Origin: an uncultured Actinomycetes bacterium
GTDB taxonomy: Bacteria; Actinomycetota; Thermoleophilia; Gaiellales; Gaiellaceae
Length of the DNA: 64,000 nucleotides
Reading direction: 5' to 3'
Assembly: GCA_963698935.1 (NCBI GenBank)
Contig: CAVOSU010000024.1
Coordinates: 42,952 to 106,951, forward strand
Every line of letters starts with the position of its first letter. Within the stretch, counting starts at the first letter, position 1. The translations under genes were made by a program, and so were the position numbers. This document shows, in pieces, positions 9,465-20,758 of this stretch. The notes beneath the pieces are model-generated. The model worked only from the letters and a program-made list of their open reading frames with translations. It did no database searches and was not told the DNA's origin.

Positions 9465-9501
9465 GGCTGGGTCGCCGGGCCTTTTGCACCAAGCTCCCGG
9501 A

Positions 9502-11634
9502 CTAGCGCGAGCCCTGCGGCGGCTCGATCGAGAGCGGCCCGTCGAACCCGGAGTACGTGTGCCGCATGAAGTGTGCGGGTGCGGTCATCTCGAGCGCGAG
9601 CGTGCGGTGCGTCCGCTTGTCGATCGAGGCCGTGTACCACGCCGGGACGCTCGGGTCGACGAACGAGATGCGCCACACGGGCCGGTCTGCCACCGTGCCG
9701 CTTCCGAGCACCATTGCCGTCGCCGGAGCGGCGCCCCAGGTGGCGGTCGGCTGCCGGAGCGGGACCTGGGGTGACTCGACCCAGCGGCGCTTGCCCGGTT
9801 CACGGTCCCAGCGCCTGTCGCCGACGATGATCGCCCGCGACCCGTCTTGAATGTCGTACGAGAGCCTGTTCGGCGCCTCGAGCCGCCAGACCGTCTGCGT
9901 GATGTGCGCCCCGCCCGAGGAGAGCGACTCGTCGATCCGGAGGGTGCGGAGCTCATCGAAGACCCGTGTCGCCTCGCGTGCGAGCCGTGTCGCCGGCGGA
10001 GGCGGCCAGCTCGCCGGGAAGGGGAAGCGAACGTCGGCCGTGCGCCCGTCGCCCCGCCGGATGCGGAGGATGGCCTCACGCGGGCGACCGTGCACGGCGA
10101 CGTCGGCCCGGTAGCACCCCGACCCGCACGAGGCGGCGTCGGTCGCGTCCGTTCCCCCCGACCGGAGACGGACGCCCACGTCGAGGCCGTTGGCCCCGTT
10201 GCCGCTCTGGTCGATCACCGTCGCCGTCACGGTGACCTGGCCGGTGCCGACGGGGCGTGCAGCGAAGCCGACCGCGAGGTCGCCGTCCTCCCGGGCCGAG
10301 ACGAACGGACCGGTCGGGATCGCCTTCCGATTCAACGGCGCGGAGCGGACCGGCGCCGGTGCGGGGGCCAGGCTCGTGGCCGCGGCGGAAGAGTTGCGCG
10401 GCGGCGCGAGGTTGACGAGCAGCCCTGCGGCCGCGAGGACCGCCGCGACGAGCCCGAGCTCGGGCAGCGTGAGCCGGCGGAGCAGAGGCACGTCGATGCC
10501 CGGGTTCCGATGCAGGGCGAAGAGCCTGCTCGCGAGGGCGAAACAGAGAGCGCCGGCGACGAGCCCGGACTTGACGAGGAGCGTCTGGCCGTAGCCGGTG
10601 TCGAGCACTGCCGAAAGACTCTTGAACTCCGCAAGCGCCGTGAGCACGCCCGTGGCGAGCACGACGAGCACCGTCGGAAGCGCGAGCTCCGCATAGCGGC
10701 GGACGGGCACCGCGTCGGCCGACCGGAGCGCGGGCACCGCGAGGAGCACGAGGACGAGATGCGCGAGCGCCCCCGTCCAGGCCGCCGCGGCAAGGAGGTG
10801 GACGGCGTCGGCCACGGGCGCCCACCAGTCGCCGCTCGTCCCGGCGTGGCCTCGGAAGGCGACCAGGACACTCGTCGCGGCGAGCGGCGCGAGCGCGACG
10901 AGGGGGCGGCGCGCCACGACGAGCGCCGCCGCGGCGAGCAGGAGGGCGAGCATGCCGACCGTCAGAGCGCCGGGCCTGCTCTGCGACACGTCGCGCAGCG
11001 CGGAGGCGTCCAGGCCGTCCACGAGGCTGCCGTGTACGCGGTCGGCGGCGAGGAGGACGAGCGACACCGCGCCGGCTCCCAGCGCGACGCCGATCCCGAA
11101 GACCACCGGCGCGCGGACGGGCGGCGCGCGCCAGACGAGCCGCTCGCTGAGGATCCCGCCGATTGCGAGCGCCAGTCCGGCGAAGAAGAGCCAGTCGGCG
11201 GCGGCCTCCGGCCACTGCGTCGGTCCGGACGAGGCCGTTGCGGCCGGGAGCGCGCCGCTCGCGCCGACGGAGAACGGGACCGACCCCTGGGTGGGGTGGC
11301 CGTCGTCCGACAGCAGCGTCCAGGTGAGGAGGAAGATGCCCCGCAGTCCGCCCGGAAGAGGCTGCGCGATCGTCGACCCACGCGCGACCGGCGGCGGCAG
11401 CGCGACGTCCGTGCCGTCGGTCTTCCGCAGCGTGACCCGCGCGCTGCCCGGGACGAAGTCTTCGTTGAAGCGCAGGACGATGCGCGGCGGGGAGGAGGCA
11501 AGCCGGGCGCCGGCGGGCGGGTCGGAGCCGACGAGGTAGGCATGCGCGCTCGCCACGGCCGGGAGGACGCACGCGACGAGCGCGACTACGGCGAGCAGTG
11601 CGCCGCGGCGACGGCGTCCACGTGCATGTCCCAT
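9502..11634 (-). CDS. fused copper-resistance protein CopC-CopD (YcnJ-like) with a large C-terminal extracytoplasmic domain
   Basis: Signal peptide, then CopC fold starting HAYLVGSDPPAG...LLSDDGHPTQGSVPFSV, then about 8 TM CopD-like helices. Start taken at ATG 11634 (MGHARGRRRRGALL). Confidence 0.85.
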   Translation of the reverse strand: MGHARGRRRRGALLAVVALVACVLPAVASAHAYLVGSDPPAGARLASSPPRIVLRFNEDFVPGSARVTLRKTDGTDVALPPPVARGSTIAQPLPGGLRGIFLLTWTLLSDDGHPTQGSVPFSVGASGALPAATASSGPTQWPEAAADWLFFAGLALAIGGILSERLVWRAPPVRAPVVFGIGVALGAGAVSLVLLAADRVHGSLVDGLDASALRDVSQSRPGALTVGMLALLLAAAALVVARRPLVALAPLAATSVLVAFRGHAGTSGDWWAPVADAVHLLAAAAWTGALAHLVLVLLAVPALRSADAVPVRRYAELALPTVLVVLATGVLTALAEFKSLSAVLDTGYGQTLLVKSGLVAGALCFALASRLFALHRNPGIDVPLLRRLTLPELGLVAAVLAAAGLLVNLAPPRNSSAAATSLAPAPAPVRSAPLNRKAIPTGPFVSAREDGDLAVGFAARPVGTGQVTVTATVIDQSGNGANGLDVGVRLRSGGTDATDAASCGSGCYRADVAVHGRPREAILRIRRGDGRTADVRFPFPASWPPPPATRLAREATRVFDELRTLRIDESLSSGGAHITQTVWRLEAPNRLSYDIQDGSRAIIVGDRRWDREPGKRRWVESPQVPLRQPTATWGAAPATAMVLGSGTVADRPVWRISFVDPSVPAWYTASIDKRTHRTLALEMTAPAHFMRHTYSGFDGPLSIEPPQGSR

Positions 11635-11681
11635 CCCAGACGCAATGGTAGGAGGCGCGCGCCTCCCGGTCGCTGAGCGCG

Positions 11682-11700
11682 TACCCCCGCGGGGTATCAT
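11682..11700 (+). promoter_or_regulatory. CsoR-type operator TACCCC-CGC-GGGGTA overlapping the csoR -10 box (TATCAT)
   Basis: The inverted repeat TACCCC/GGGGTA matches GC-rich operators described for actinobacterial and Bacillus CsoR. TATCAT at 11695-11700 is followed by 8 nt, then ATG 11709. Confidence 0.6.
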
Positions 11701-11708
11701 CGTTGCGG

Positions 11709-11993
11709 ATGCAGCACGGCTATGACACCGAGCGGCTCCGCAACCGTCTCCACCGAGTGGAGGGCCAGGTCCGCGGGATCGAGCGCATGGTCGAGGAAGA
11801 GCGCTACTGCATCGACGTCCTCACGCAGATCGCCGCCGTCCGGACCGCGCTCGAGAGCATCGGCTTCGAGATCCTCACCGACCACGTGACCCACTGCGTG
11901 AGCGACGCGCTCGCGTCGGGCGACGCGGACGAGGCGACCGAGAAGAGCCGGGAGCTCCTCGCGGCCGTGCAACGGTTCGCGAAGACGACCTGA
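11709..11993 (+). CDS. csoR: CsoR/RcnR-family metal-sensing transcriptional repressor
   Basis: LRNRLHRVEGQVRGIERMVEEERYCIDVLTQIAAVRTAL...HVTHC. The C-H-C copper ligand pattern of CsoR is present. Confidence 0.9.
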   Translation: MQHGYDTERLRNRLHRVEGQVRGIERMVEEERYCIDVLTQIAAVRTALESIGFEILTDHVTHCVSDALASGDADEATEKSRELLAAVQRFAKTT

Positions 11994-12081
11994 GCTCAGC
12001 GATGCGATGAGTGCCGGCCGCCGCGGCGGCCGACCCTCGCGTGACCGATCTGCCAGACGCCAGCGCTGGCATCCTGGGCGG

Positions 12082-12981
12082 GTGAACCGGGAGCTCGCCA
12101 TCCGCCTGCACGGGGTCGTCAAGCGCTACGGCGCGATCACGGCCGTCGACCATCTCGACCTCGAGGTCCCGCTCGGGACGTGCGTCGGCCTGCTCGGGCC
12201 GAACGGCGCCGGGAAGTCGACGACGATGCGCCTCCTCACGGCGCAGTCGATCGCGGACGAAGGCGAGCTCGAGGTGCTCGGCTTCGCGCTCCCCGGCGAG
12301 TCGAAGCAGGCGCGGGCGCGATGCGGCGTCGTGCCCCAGCTGGACAACCTCGACACGACTCTCACCGTCGAGCAGAACCTGCTCGTGTTCACCCATCTGT
12401 ATCGCGTGCCGCGCCCCGACCGCCGCGCCGCGATCGAGCGAGCCCTCGAGCTCGCAAAGCTCGTCGACCGCCGCGCCGAGCGGGTGGACAAGCTCTCCGG
12501 CGGGATGCGTCGCCGCCTCTTGATCGCACGGGCGCTCGTCCACCGGCCGCGGCTCGTCCTGCTCGACGAGCCGACCGTGGGGCTCGACCCACAGGTGCGC
12601 CAGGAGCTCTGGGCGCTGATCGACGCGCTGCGGAGCGAAGGAACGACGCTCCTCATGTCGACGCACTACATCGAGGAGGCGGAACGCCTCGCGGACACCG
12701 TCCTGATCATGTCCCACGGCACCGCGGTCGCCTCCGGGCCTCCGTCCGAGCTCGTGCTCGAGCACGCGGGCAGGGAGGCGCTCGAGGTCTACGGCGGGCC
12801 GGCGCGGCTCGCCGAGGTCGAGGCGGAGGCGGTCGCCGCCGGCCTGCGGACGCGGCGCACGGGGACGAGCGTCTCGATTCTCGCGATCGACGGGCGGAAC
12901 GGGTTCCACCTCGAGGGGGAGCGCCGGCCGGCGAACCTGGAGGACGTCTTCGTGCTGCTGACCGGCGAGGAGATCGCGTAG
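12082..12981 (+). CDS. ABC transporter ATP-binding protein (DrrA/NodI-like, ABC-2 type)
   Basis: Walker A GPNGAGKST, signature LSGGMRRRL, Walker B LVLLDEPT. The GTG 12082 start removes an Arg-rich 25-aa prefix from the track ORF. Confidence 0.9.
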   Translation: MNRELAIRLHGVVKRYGAITAVDHLDLEVPLGTCVGLLGPNGAGKSTTMRLLTAQSIADEGELEVLGFALPGESKQARARCGVVPQLDNLDTTLTVEQNLLVFTHLYRVPRPDRRAAIERALELAKLVDRRAERVDKLSGGMRRRLLIARALVHRPRLVLLDEPTVGLDPQVRQELWALIDALRSEGTTLLMSTHYIEEAERLADTVLIMSHGTAVASGPPSELVLEHAGREALEVYGGPARLAEVEAEAVAAGLRTRRTGTSVSILAIDGRNGFHLEGERRPANLEDVFVLLTGEEIA

Positions 12982-12986
12982 TGGCC

Positions 12987-13784
12987 ATGGCGACGCCCGA
13001 GGCACGCGTCGCGCGAATCGGCCGCCTGGAGCGCTCGGCGCTGACGGGCGTGCTGGTGCGCGAGGTCGTGAACTTCTCGTCGTACTGGAAGTCGACGACC
13101 TTCTCGTCGACCGTCGAACCGACGATCTACCTGATCGCGTTCGGCTTCGGGTTCGGCTCGCTCGTCAGCACGATCGGGGGCTACGACTACGTCGACTTCG
13201 TCGGCACCGGCACCGTCGCCACCGCGGTGCTCTTCTCGAGCGCGTTCCCGGCGATGTTCGGGACGTTCGTCAAGTACCAGTTCCAGCGCACGTACGACGC
13301 GATCCTTGCAGCCCCGGTCGACACCGAGGAGCTCGTCACGGCCGAAGCGCTGTGGATCGCCACCCGTGCGGGCGTCTACGGCTGTGTGCCGATGCTCGTC
13401 GCGATCGCGTTCGGGCTCGACCCTGCGTGGGGGATGCTCCTCGTCCCGTTCATCGGCTGGATCGCCGGGTTCGGGTGGGCGAACTTCGGGATCTCGATCG
13501 CGGGCTATTCGAAGTCGTTCGAGAACTTCAACTACGTGATCAGCGCAGTGCTGACCCCGCTGTTCCTTCTCGCAGGTTCGTTCTTCCCGCTGGACGGGTT
13601 CCCCGAGTGGGCACAGGTTCTGGCCGCGTTCAATCCGCTCTACCAGTGCGTCCAGCTGATCCGGGCGGCCGTGTTCGGCCAGCTCGGGTGGGACGATCTC
13701 TTCCGTGTGTCGGTGCTCGTCGCCTTCGGCCTCCTCGTGTGGCGCGTCGCGATCCGTGCGATGACGCGCAAGCTCATCGACTGA
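12987..13784 (+). CDS. ABC-2 type transporter permease (NodJ/DrrB-like)
   Basis: ATG lies 6 nt after the ATPase stop. Six hydrophobic segments. The real part of track ORF 12180-13784 starts at MATPEARV. Confidence 0.85.
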   Translation: MATPEARVARIGRLERSALTGVLVREVVNFSSYWKSTTFSSTVEPTIYLIAFGFGFGSLVSTIGGYDYVDFVGTGTVATAVLFSSAFPAMFGTFVKYQFQRTYDAILAAPVDTEELVTAEALWIATRAGVYGCVPMLVAIAFGLDPAWGMLLVPFIGWIAGFGWANFGISIAGYSKSFENFNYVISAVLTPLFLLAGSFFPLDGFPEWAQVLAAFNPLYQCVQLIRAAVFGQLGWDDLFRVSVLVAFGLLVWRVAIRAMTRKLID

Positions 13785-14524
13785 GCCGCTCGGGCTGGCA
13801 GCGGGGGCACCAGTACGCCGTCCGGTTGGCGTCTCCCAGCCCACGGGAGGCGATCGCGGTGCCGCACCGACGGCACGCCATTCCTGCGCGTCGATAGACC
13901 GCTCGTGCGCCGCGTGGCGCGCGCACCGCGGTCCGCATCGCGTGGCGCGCCCAGCCGAGGGCGAGCGTGAGCTCCTCGTCGGAGACTGCACCGAGCCTGT
14001 TCCACGGAGAGAACCGCGCCTCCCACAGCGCCTCGGCGAGCCACATGTTCCCGATGCCCGCGACCACCCGCTGGTCGACGAGCGCCTCGCCGACGAGCCG
14101 CGAGGACGGCTCGTGGCGGATGCCGCGCACGATCGTCCGCGACGTCCGTCTCGTCCGCGAGTAGGTCGGGACCCAGCCTGCGCAGAGGACGGCGCTCGAG
14201 CGCGAGTACGGGCCCGTTCCACTGCGTCGCCTCCCACGCCCCTCCGCGAAGGACGAGCCACGGACGGCCTCGCGTCGCGGCCTGCCGCGGTCCGAGCCGC
14301 CACCGGCCGTTCATCCGCAGATGGCTGCGCAGCACGACGCCTCCCTCGAAGTGGAGCAGCAGGTGCTTGCCGACCGCCTCGACGCGCTCGAGCACGCGAC
14401 CGTCGACGACGCGCGCGACGCCCGTCGCCTCGCCCTGCGGATTGGGGCTCCAAGCCTCGATGCGCTCCCCGACGAGTGGCTGCAGCCGCCCCGCGGCCCG
14501 GTGGAGCGCGTCACCTTCCGGCAT
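13774..14524 (-). pseudogene. nei: endonuclease VIII / Fpg-Nei family DNA glycosylase, frame broken by 1 extra nt near 14137
   Basis: N-terminal half MPEGDALHRAAGRL... is in the frame of 14524. The H2TH plus zinc-finger half (VVAGIGNMWLAEALW...CRRCGTAIA...YWCPRCQ) is in the frame of 14130. The join reads ...ADETDVA/TIVRGIRHE. Confidence 0.85.
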
Positions 14525-14533
14525 CGGGTCGCA

Positions 14534-15490
14534 TCATGCGACGGACGCCTGCAGCCGCGTCGCGAGCTCGCGGACGCTCTCCCGGAGCTCGCCGGGCTCC
14601 TGGATCTCGAAGCGGCAACCGAGGCGGGCAAGGACGCCCGCCATCCAGTCGAGCGATCCGACCCGCATGCGCAGCTGAGTGCGCCCTTCGCCTTCCTCGA
14701 CGAGCTCGGCGACGGTCGCCGGCACGCGACGCGCCGCCTCGTCGAGCGGCAGCTCGAGCACGACGACCACCTCCCAGCGCCAGGGCACACGGGCGAGGGA
14801 GCGGCTGACCGAGGCAACCGCGTCGAACCCCCGCGGCGGCGCCCGCCACTCGCCGTCGCGAACCGCGACGCGGCTCATCCGGTCGACGCGGAACGTGCGC
14901 CGGTCGTCGCGGCCGTGGTCGAACGCGGCGAGATACCAGCGGCCCGAATGGACGACGAGGCCCTGCGGGCTGACGTCGCGCGTCGTCTCCTCACCCGCGA
15001 ACGCGGTGTAGCCGAAGCCGAGGCGCAGCCGTCGTCGGATCGCCTCGGCGAGGAGGAGCGCGACGTCGCTCTGCACCGGCGCGCCCTCCCGCTCGGCCGC
15101 CGTGAACCCGAGCGTCGTCTCGAGCGCCTCGACCTTGCGTCGGAGCGTGTCCGGCAGCACCCGGTGGAGCTTCGCGAGCGCGCCGTCGACCGAGCCCTCG
15201 CTCGACTCGAGCCCCTGTCGGCGCGCCGCGAGGAGTCCGAGCACGACGACGACCGCCTCGTCGCCGGAGAGCATCAGCGGCGGCAGGCGGAAGCCCGGTC
15301 GGACGCGGTAGCCGCCGCCGACGCCGCGCTGGCCTTCGACCGGGATGCCGAGGTCCTGCAGCGCCTCGACGTAGCGCCGGACGGTGCGGGCGTCGATCGC
15401 GAGCCGCTCGGCGATCTCGCGGCCGGTCGTGAGCGGGCGCTCCTGGAGGAGCTCGAGCAGCTCCAGGAGCCGCGAGGTCGGCGTCTGCAT
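14534..15490 (-). CDS. YafY-family transcriptional regulator (HTH + WYL + WCX domains)
   Basis: MQTPTSRLLELLELLQERPLTTGREIAERL (HTH) and GRWYLAAFDH (WYL). Start at ATG 15490; the upstream part of the track ORF is non-coding. Confidence 0.85.
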   Translation of the reverse strand: MQTPTSRLLELLELLQERPLTTGREIAERLAIDARTVRRYVEALQDLGIPVEGQRGVGGGYRVRPGFRLPPLMLSGDEAVVVVLGLLAARRQGLESSEGSVDGALAKLHRVLPDTLRRKVEALETTLGFTAAEREGAPVQSDVALLLAEAIRRRLRLGFGYTAFAGEETTRDVSPQGLVVHSGRWYLAAFDHGRDDRRTFRVDRMSRVAVRDGEWRAPPRGFDAVASVSRSLARVPWRWEVVVVLELPLDEAARRVPATVAELVEEGEGRTQLRMRVGSLDWMAGVLARLGCRFEIQEPGELRESVRELATRLQASVA

Positions 15491-15577
15491 TCGACGAGTC
15501 AAGCACATATAGAGGGCGAAAGTCGCCCTATTTGCGATGTAGGTTCGGAGTCCGGCGATCGAGATCGAGGAGGCGAG

Positions 15578-16075
15578 ATGAGCGAGACGATGCAGGCCGG
15601 TTCGACCGTGAGGGACTTCGACTTCTGGATAGGAAGCTGGACCGCCCGGAACAGGAGGCTGCGCCGGCGGCTGGCGGGGTCGGACGAGTGGGACGAGTTC
15701 GATTCGAGGAGCAAGGCCTGGCCGATCCTCGCTGGCATGGGGAACGAGGACGACTTCCACACCGACTACCAAGGTGGATTCACGGGGATGTCGCTCCGCT
15801 TCTTCGACCCCGAGACGAGGCAATGGTCGATCTACTGGGCCGACAGCCGGCGCTCGGGCCTGCTCGACCCTCCCGTGATCGGCGGGTTCGAGAACGGCAC
15901 CGGCATCTTCGAGGGCGACGACACGTTCGAGGGCAGACCGATCCGCGTCCGCTTCACCTGGTCCCGCGTCGACACCACGACGCCCCGCTGGGAGCAGGCG
16001 TTCTCCGAGGACGGTGGCGAGACCTGGGAGACGAACTGGATCGCGGACTTCACACGCGTGGAGGACGAGGCATGA
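15578..16075 (+). CDS. conserved hypothetical protein (FDFWIGSW...beta-rich, function unknown)
   Basis: GAGGAGG SD 7 nt upstream of ATG 15578. GC3-rich codons. Divergent from the WYL regulator. Confidence 0.7.
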   Translation: MSETMQAGSTVRDFDFWIGSWTARNRRLRRRLAGSDEWDEFDSRSKAWPILAGMGNEDDFHTDYQGGFTGMSLRFFDPETRQWSIYWADSRRSGLLDPPVIGGFENGTGIFEGDDTFEGRPIRVRFTWSRVDTTTPRWEQAFSEDGGETWETNWIADFTRVEDEA

Positions 16076-16578
16076 CCGCGATCGCAGAGCAACCCGCTGT
16101 CGACCCGGGCTACCGTCACGTGCCGAAGCTGGCGCGCCCGGCGTCGAGCGTCGGGCTCGGGGAGGCCGTGCTCAAGTGGTACGACATCGCGCGGCCCGAG
16201 GACCCCGTGCCGGACGAGGTGCGTGCGCTCGCGCGGCGCGCTCTCGACGACGCCGCACGGCTCGGCGAGCTTCGGCTCGGCGACGCGCTGGGCTTCGTGA
16301 TCCTCCACCGCTGCGGGACGGAGGGGTTCCACTTCCTCCTCGTTGGCACGTGGCGCAACGACAACGAGCTCTGGGAGACGGTCTGGGCGAAGGACGACGA
16401 CGCCGACCCGGGCTTCCATCCTTGGGTCGTCGAGGATGGTCACCGGCCGACGTTCTGCGTGTGGGAGCTGGGCGTCGTGGCGCACGAGAGGCTCGCGTGG
16501 GCCGAGTACCTCGACTCGGGGCGCGACGCGGCCGCGCGACGCACCTACCTCGGGGACACGTTCGAGGGGCCGGTATGA
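16072..16578 (+). CDS. hypothetical protein, translationally coupled to 15578-16075
   Basis: ATGA overlap at 16072-16075. Non-repetitive, protein-like sequence with GC3-rich codons. Confidence 0.65.
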   Translation: MTAIAEQPAVDPGYRHVPKLARPASSVGLGEAVLKWYDIARPEDPVPDEVRALARRALDDAARLGELRLGDALGFVILHRCGTEGFHFLLVGTWRNDNELWETVWAKDDDADPGFHPWVVEDGHRPTFCVWELGVVAHERLAWAEYLDSGRDAAARRTYLGDTFEGPV

Positions 16579-16617
16579 GCCGCAGCCGGCTGACGCGGGC
16601 TCCTCCCGAGTCGAGCG

Positions 16618-16720
16618 GGGTTGCGGCCGCGAGAGCGGCCGCCTTCAGGGGTGTGCCCCGCCGAAGGCGGGGATCAAGCCGCGGGAATCCGCTCCCGCGG
16701 ATTCCCGCCTGGCGAGCAAG
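16618..16720 (-). repeat. three-hairpin intergenic repeat, copy A (only inverted copy)
   Basis: The reverse complement aligns end to end with copies at 26540, 27457, 27561, 30641 and 43866. H1 is GCGGGAATCCGC-GGGA-GCGGATTCCCGC. Confidence 0.9.
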
Positions 16721-16830
16721 GCGAAGGTGTGGATAGCCGAACCATCCGACTGGCGCGATCCCCCGAATTGTCAAGCGAAGGACACGCAATGCTGATGGGC
16801 GTGTCGAGCAAGAGACGCAGAAGGAGCACC

Positions 16831-17046
16831 ATGAGCACGACGTTCGCCCAACGACGAGACGGCCGGCGAGAGGTCGCCGGGCTGATCTCCGAGATCCAGC
16901 AGCTGACGACCGAGCGGCGGCGCCTCGTCGCGCGTGGAGTCGATGGCGTGGAGCTCGAGGCGAACGAGCGCTCGCTCGACGAGCTTCGCTGGCTGCTGGC
17001 CGACGCCGCGCGACGCTCTGCCGTCGAGCCCGCGACCGCGGCCTGA
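16831..17046 (+). CDS. small hypothetical coiled-coil protein (71 aa)
   Basis: AAGGAG 4 nt upstream of ATG 16831. GC3-rich frame: MSTTFAQRRDGRREVAGLISEIQQLTTERRRL... Confidence 0.4.
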   Translation: MSTTFAQRRDGRREVAGLISEIQQLTTERRRLVARGVDGVELEANERSLDELRWLLADAARRSAVEPATAA

Positions 17047-17091
17047 GCACTCCCCCGGCGCGCGCACCCCCGCATGCTGAACACTTAGGGC

Positions 17092-19746
<2,655 letters not shown>

Positions 19747-19857
19747 CGAGGGGCTAGGGCTCGTCCCAGGCCGTCGATCTCGCTCCCCTCCTCGGTGGAC
19801 GCGACACGTTACCCCGGCCGCCCGTCAAGATGACTCACTCTCGCCAGGAGGTCGCCG

Positions 19858-20664
19858 ATGTCCGCAGCAAGCCGTGCCCGCTTCGCAGAGCTCCACGCCC
19901 GTGAGGGGATCTTCGTGATGCCGAATCCGTGGGACACGGGCTCGGCGAAGCTCCTCGCCTCGGTCGGCGCCGAGGCGCTCGCGACGACGAGCGCCGGCTT
20001 CGCGTGGACGCTCGGCCGCCTCGACGGGCGGGTCGCGCGAGACGAGCTGGTCGCTCACGTCGCGGAGGTCGCCGCGGCGACCCCGCTCCCGCTGAACGTC
20101 GACAGCGAGCGCTGCTTCCCCGACGACGAGGGCGGCGTCGCCGAAACCGTCCGCTTGCTCGGCGCGGCGGGCGCGGCGGGGTGCTCCATCGAGGACTGGA
20201 ACCCCGTGGACGGCCGCATCGAGGAGCTGGGGCTCGCGGTCGAACGCGTCGCCGAGGCCGTCGAGGCGGCGCACTCGTTCGACCCGCCCCTCGTGCTCAC
20301 CGGTCGCTGCGAGAACCACCTGCACGGCGTCGACGACCTCGCCGACACGATCGCGCGGCTCCTCGCCTACCGCGACGCAGGGGCCGACTGCCTCTACGCG
20401 CCCTGGCTGCTGACCAGCGAGCAGGTCGCTGCGGTCGTCGACGCCGTCGGGGCGCCCGTGAACGTCCTTGCCGTGCCTGCCGCTCCCCCGGTGCCCGAGC
20501 TGCGGCAGTTGGGCGTGCGTCGGGTCTCGACCGGTAGCCTGCTCGCCTCGGCGGCGTACGGGGCGCTGCTCCGCGGCGCCCGCGAGCTGCTCTCGGACGG
20601 GACCTCCGAGTACGCCCGGTCGGCGATGACGCCGGCCGAGCGCGACGCCGCGCTCGGCGCCTGA
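19858..20664 (+). CDS. isocitrate lyase / PEP mutase superfamily protein
   Basis: CAGGAGG SD. FVMPNPWDTGSAKLL...PLPLNVDSERCF...CSIEDW, typical of the ICL/PEPM fold. Confidence 0.8.
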   Translation: MSAASRARFAELHAREGIFVMPNPWDTGSAKLLASVGAEALATTSAGFAWTLGRLDGRVARDELVAHVAEVAAATPLPLNVDSERCFPDDEGGVAETVRLLGAAGAAGCSIEDWNPVDGRIEELGLAVERVAEAVEAAHSFDPPLVLTGRCENHLHGVDDLADTIARLLAYRDAGADCLYAPWLLTSEQVAAVVDAVGAPVNVLAVPAAPPVPELRQLGVRRVSTGSLLASAAYGALLRGARELLSDGTSEYARSAMTPAERDAALGA

Positions 20665-20758
20665 CCCCGAGCAAGCCTCATTCCGAGGTGGACAACGCTT
20701 GTGACACGGAGTTGCTGGCGAGCCGCGGCAGGATCCGCCGGGAAGCCGGGCGCCCCGG

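Noticed and set aside
6671-9505. Single 944-aa ORF in the track
   Set aside because: Only the first ~500 residues are PQQ-dehydrogenase-like. After 8183 the frame becomes Arg/Gly/Pro-rich nonsense, while the +1 frame (8187-9464) carries the rest of the propeller and a plausible extension.
12007-12081. Long start of the ABC ATPase (track ORF 12007)
   Set aside because: The first 25 codons are Arg-rich (MSAGRRGGRPSRDRSARRQRWHPGR) and not part of ABC ATPases. GTG 12082 begins right before the conserved IRLHGVVKRYG.
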